Shown here in pieces: positions 18,795-21,899 of a DNA stretch of 21,899 nucleotides (its first letter is position 1; the number at the start of each line of letters is the position of its first letter). The notes beneath the pieces were generated by a model. It had not been told where the DNA came from. It did no database searches and saw only the letters and a list, made by a program, of their open reading frames with translations. The DNA is from Octopus sinensis. Taxonomy: Eukaryota. The position numbers and the translations under genes are program-made. The DNA is taken from the NCBI RefSeq assembly GCF_006345805.1, contig NW_021823663.1, positions 1 through 21,899 on the forward strand. Direction: 5' to 3'.

Positions 18795-21700
18795 ATGATA
18801 TCTGGCAAATGCAAGCTTTCTTTTCAGGTACATAACACTGCTGTCCCTCATCCCAGGGTCTCAGAGGCCCACACCTCCCACACCCTCAGGGTGGGCACCC
18901 TCAACGTTGGCACATTGAAAGGTAGGTCTGGCGAGATAGTCGAGATGCTTGAACGGAGACGTGTTGATGTATGTTGTATGCAAGAAATAAGGTGGAGAGG
19001 AGGATCTGCTAGGGTCCTCACAGGCAAGGAACACAGGTACAAGATTTTCTGGGCAGGGAACACCGACGGGGTTGGTGGCGTGGGTATACTTATCGCTGAG
19101 AAATGGATAGATAGAGTAATTGAGGTAATCAGAGTAAGTGACAGAATACTTAAGATTAGAATAGTGCTTCATAATAGATTAGCAACCATTATATCGGCCT
19201 ATGCCCCTCTGCCAGGGCTACCCGATGGACAGAAAGACAGTTTCTATGACACCCTACTGCAGACCACCTCTTTGACGAACGACAGGGACCTTCTCTTTGT
19301 GGCTGGTGATTTCAATGGGCATGTTGGACGACATGCTGGGGGCTTCCATGGCGTACATGGAGGCTACGGTTATGGTTCCCGCAACGAGGAGGGAACCAGG
19401 CTGCTGGAGTTCTGCGATGCGAATAGTCTTATGGTCTGCAACACTAACTTCAGGAAACCAACAAGCCACCTGGTCACCTACCGATCGGGCCGGCATACTA
19501 GCCAAATCGACTACATCCTTGCCAGAAAAAGGGAAAGATGGCTGCTTATAAATGCCAAAACCTTCCCAGGCGAAGAATGCACCCCACAACATAGACTGGT
19601 AGTTAGTGACTTTAGGATCAGGACTAAGAGGGCGACTAGAAGACGACCAACATGAAGAAGAAGGGTCTGGAAGCTTAAAGACCCTGCGAATGGACAGAGA
19701 TTTAGAGATATGTTACTTGAAGCCTTTGACGAAGTGGAAGGGGGTATAGCTACACATGGGGTAGAAGACAACTGGACGTTTCTGAGGGACAACCTGCTGA
19801 AAGCCGCTGACCGGATCTGTGGCTGGTGCAAAGTCCCCTTAAAACCCAAAATAACGTGGTGGTGGAACAATATTGTTGACAGGGCTATTAGACAAAAGAA
19901 ACAGGCATGGAAGGCCTGGAAGAACGGTGGTAGCAGGGAAGGGTATCAGACTGCCAGAAGGGAAGCTAGGAGACAGGTCTATCTAGCCAGAGGGGAAGCA
20001 GATAAGAGAAAATTTGCCAATGTCCTGCGCCGTGAGGATGAAAGACTTGAGGTATTTCGTGTTGCAAGACAGTGTGTGAGAGAGAATCGTGATGTGGTAG
20101 GAGAGAAATGTGTTCGCATGGAGGATGGTTCACTTGCGCTAAATGAGGATGCAAAGAGAGAAGCTTGGAGACGCCACTATGAAAGTTTCTGAATGAGGAA
20201 AATGAATGGGATAAAGAGAGTCTGCCGAATGTTGACCCTACAGAGGGACCAGCTATCCGAGTTGATAGTTCCGTGATAGCTAAGGCAATTAGAAGCATGA
20301 AGACAGGGAAAGCCCCAGGCCCATCAGGAATTACTACAGAGATGCTCAAAATATCTGGCAGTGTCGGCTATAACCTAGTCACCCGTATAGTCAACCAGGT
20401 GATACACGAAGGAGTCATACCCAATGACTGGTGCAGCAGCATACTAGTCAACTGCTACAAAGGTAAATGTGATGCCCTAGATACAAATAATTACAGAGGT
20501 ATCAAGCTGTTGGATCAAGTAATGAAGGTTACGGAGAGGGTCATAGCCCAACTAATTAGAGAGAGAGTTACTTTAGATGAGATACAGTTTGGGTTCGTGC
20601 CAGGGAAAAGTACCACTGATGCTATATTCCTGGTAAGGCAGCTGCAGGAGAAATACCTAGCCAAAGATAAGCCCCTGTACCTGGCTTTCGTTGACATGGA
20701 GAAAGCTTTTGATAGGGTCCCCCGATCCCTTATCTGGTGGTCAATGAGGAAACTAGGGATAGATGAATGGCTGGTGAGGACTGTGCAAGCCATGTACAGA
20801 GATGCCGTAAGTAAGGTTAGGGTTGGCAACATGTACACAGAAGAATTCAAAGTAGAGGTTGGGGTCCACCAGGGTTCAGTACTCAGCCCCCTCCTATTTA
20901 TCATAGTACTCCAGGCAATTACGGAGGAATTCAAGACAGGCTGTCCCTGGGAGCTCCTCTACGCTGACGACCTGCTCTTATTGCTGAGTCACTATCAGAA
21001 CTGGAGGAGAAGTTCCAGGTGTGGAAGGAGGGTTTAGAATCAAGGGGCCTTAGAGTCAACCTAGCTAAAACAAAGTACTAATAAGTAGAAAGGTAGACAA
21101 TCCACAAATATCTTCGGGAAGATGGCCCTGCTCGATCTGTAGAAAAGGTGTAGGTAGAAACTCTATAAGATGTACTCAGTGTAAGCTATGGACACATAAG
21201 AGGTGCAGCAATGTCAAAGGTAGGCTAACTGGGAAGATAGTTTTTGTATGTGGCAGATGCTCGGGAGCATTAACCTCCGAAAATCTGCAGAAAAAACATC
21301 CGTCACTTTCCGGGGGAAAAACTAGAAGTAGTTGATAGCTTCCGTTATCTAGGTGACCAAGTCAGTAGTGGGGGTGGGTGCGCTGAAAGTGTAACTGCTA
21401 GAATAAGAATAGCCTGGGCAAAGTTTAGGGAGCTCTTACCTCTGCTGGTGACTAAAAGCCTCTCGCTCAGAGTAAAAGGCAGACTGTATGATGCGTGTGT
21501 ACGAACAGCCATGCTACATGGCAGCGAAACATGGGCCGTGACTGCTGAGGACATGCGTAAGCTCGTGAGGAATGAAGCCAGTATGCTCCGATGGATGTGT
21601 AATGTCAGTGTACATACTCGACAGAGCGTTAGCACCTTGAGAGAAATGTTGTACATAAGAAGCATCAGTTGTGCTGTGCAAGAGAGACGATTGCGCTGGT

Positions 21701-21899
21701 ATGGTCATGTGGCAAGAATGGATGAAGATAGGTGTGTGAGAAAGTGCCAATCCCTAGCAGTTGAGGGAACCCGTGGAAGAGGTAGACCCAGGAAAACCTG
21801 GGACGAGGTGGTGAAGCACGACCTTCGAACTTTAGGCCTCACTGAGGAAATGACCAGCGACCGGGACCTTTGGAAATATTATGTACGTGAGAAGACCAG
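18795..21899 (+). pseudogene. RTE ORF: AP endonuclease + reverse transcriptase + inserted PHD-type finger + RTE C-terminal region; one nonsense codon and five inferred -1 frameshifts
   Basis: APE motifs GTLNVGTL, MQE, SAYAP, GDFNGH, SQIDYIL, QHRLV. RT motifs NYRGIKLL, QFGF, FVDMEKAFDRVPR, GVHQGSVLSPLLF, YADD (20960-20971), FRYLG (21340-21354). C-terminal RLRWYGHVARM and RGRGRPRKTW. In-frame TGA at 19653-19655; frameshifts at about 20187, 20973, 21073, 21296 and 21311. Confidence 0.95.

Larger units (their letters stand above)
18644..21899 (+). mobile_element. RTE-clade LINE, apparently with its 5' end, continuing past the right edge
   Basis: Abrupt junction with repeat unit B at 18643/18644, about 150 nt of 5' UTR, then a single APE-RT ORF. 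Confidence 0.97.

Noticed and set aside
18848-21750. Overlapping and antisense ORFs within the RTE
   Set aside because: Alternative-frame shadows of the APE-RT ORF with no independent motifs.

Overview
AT-rich eukaryotic DNA. It is probably from a cephalopod (Octopus-like), inferred only from remembered resemblance of the RTE and SINE sequences. The window looks like intron sequence of a + strand leucine-rich-repeat gene, of which one 72-nt phase-2/phase-2 LRR exon is visible (15793-15864, missed by the ORF track). Left to right: (1) a >=10.2-kb tandem array of a 45-bp monomer, open in one frame on each strand, built from two stem-loops, with nested higher-order periods and a 21-nt proto-repeat at its right edge; (2) a broken - strand non-LTR ORF1/gag-like CCHC-knuckle gene with no ORF2 after it; (3) an internally deleted mariner with 27-bp TIRs and TA TSD; (4) a non-autonomous Helitron whose empty site is preserved in an adjacent tandem copy; (5) the LRR exon; (6) compound trinucleotide microsatellites and a truncated tRNA-type SINE; (7) a composite A-B-B-B-A-b tandem repeat; (8) a near-full-length RTE-clade LINE (APE + RT) with a PHD-type C4HC3 finger inside the RT region. 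The most speculative but testable lead is a nested antisense spliced unit joining the ORF1 remnant to a Ser/Pro-rich repeat exon. Many frameshifts are single-base deletions and may be assembly errors.
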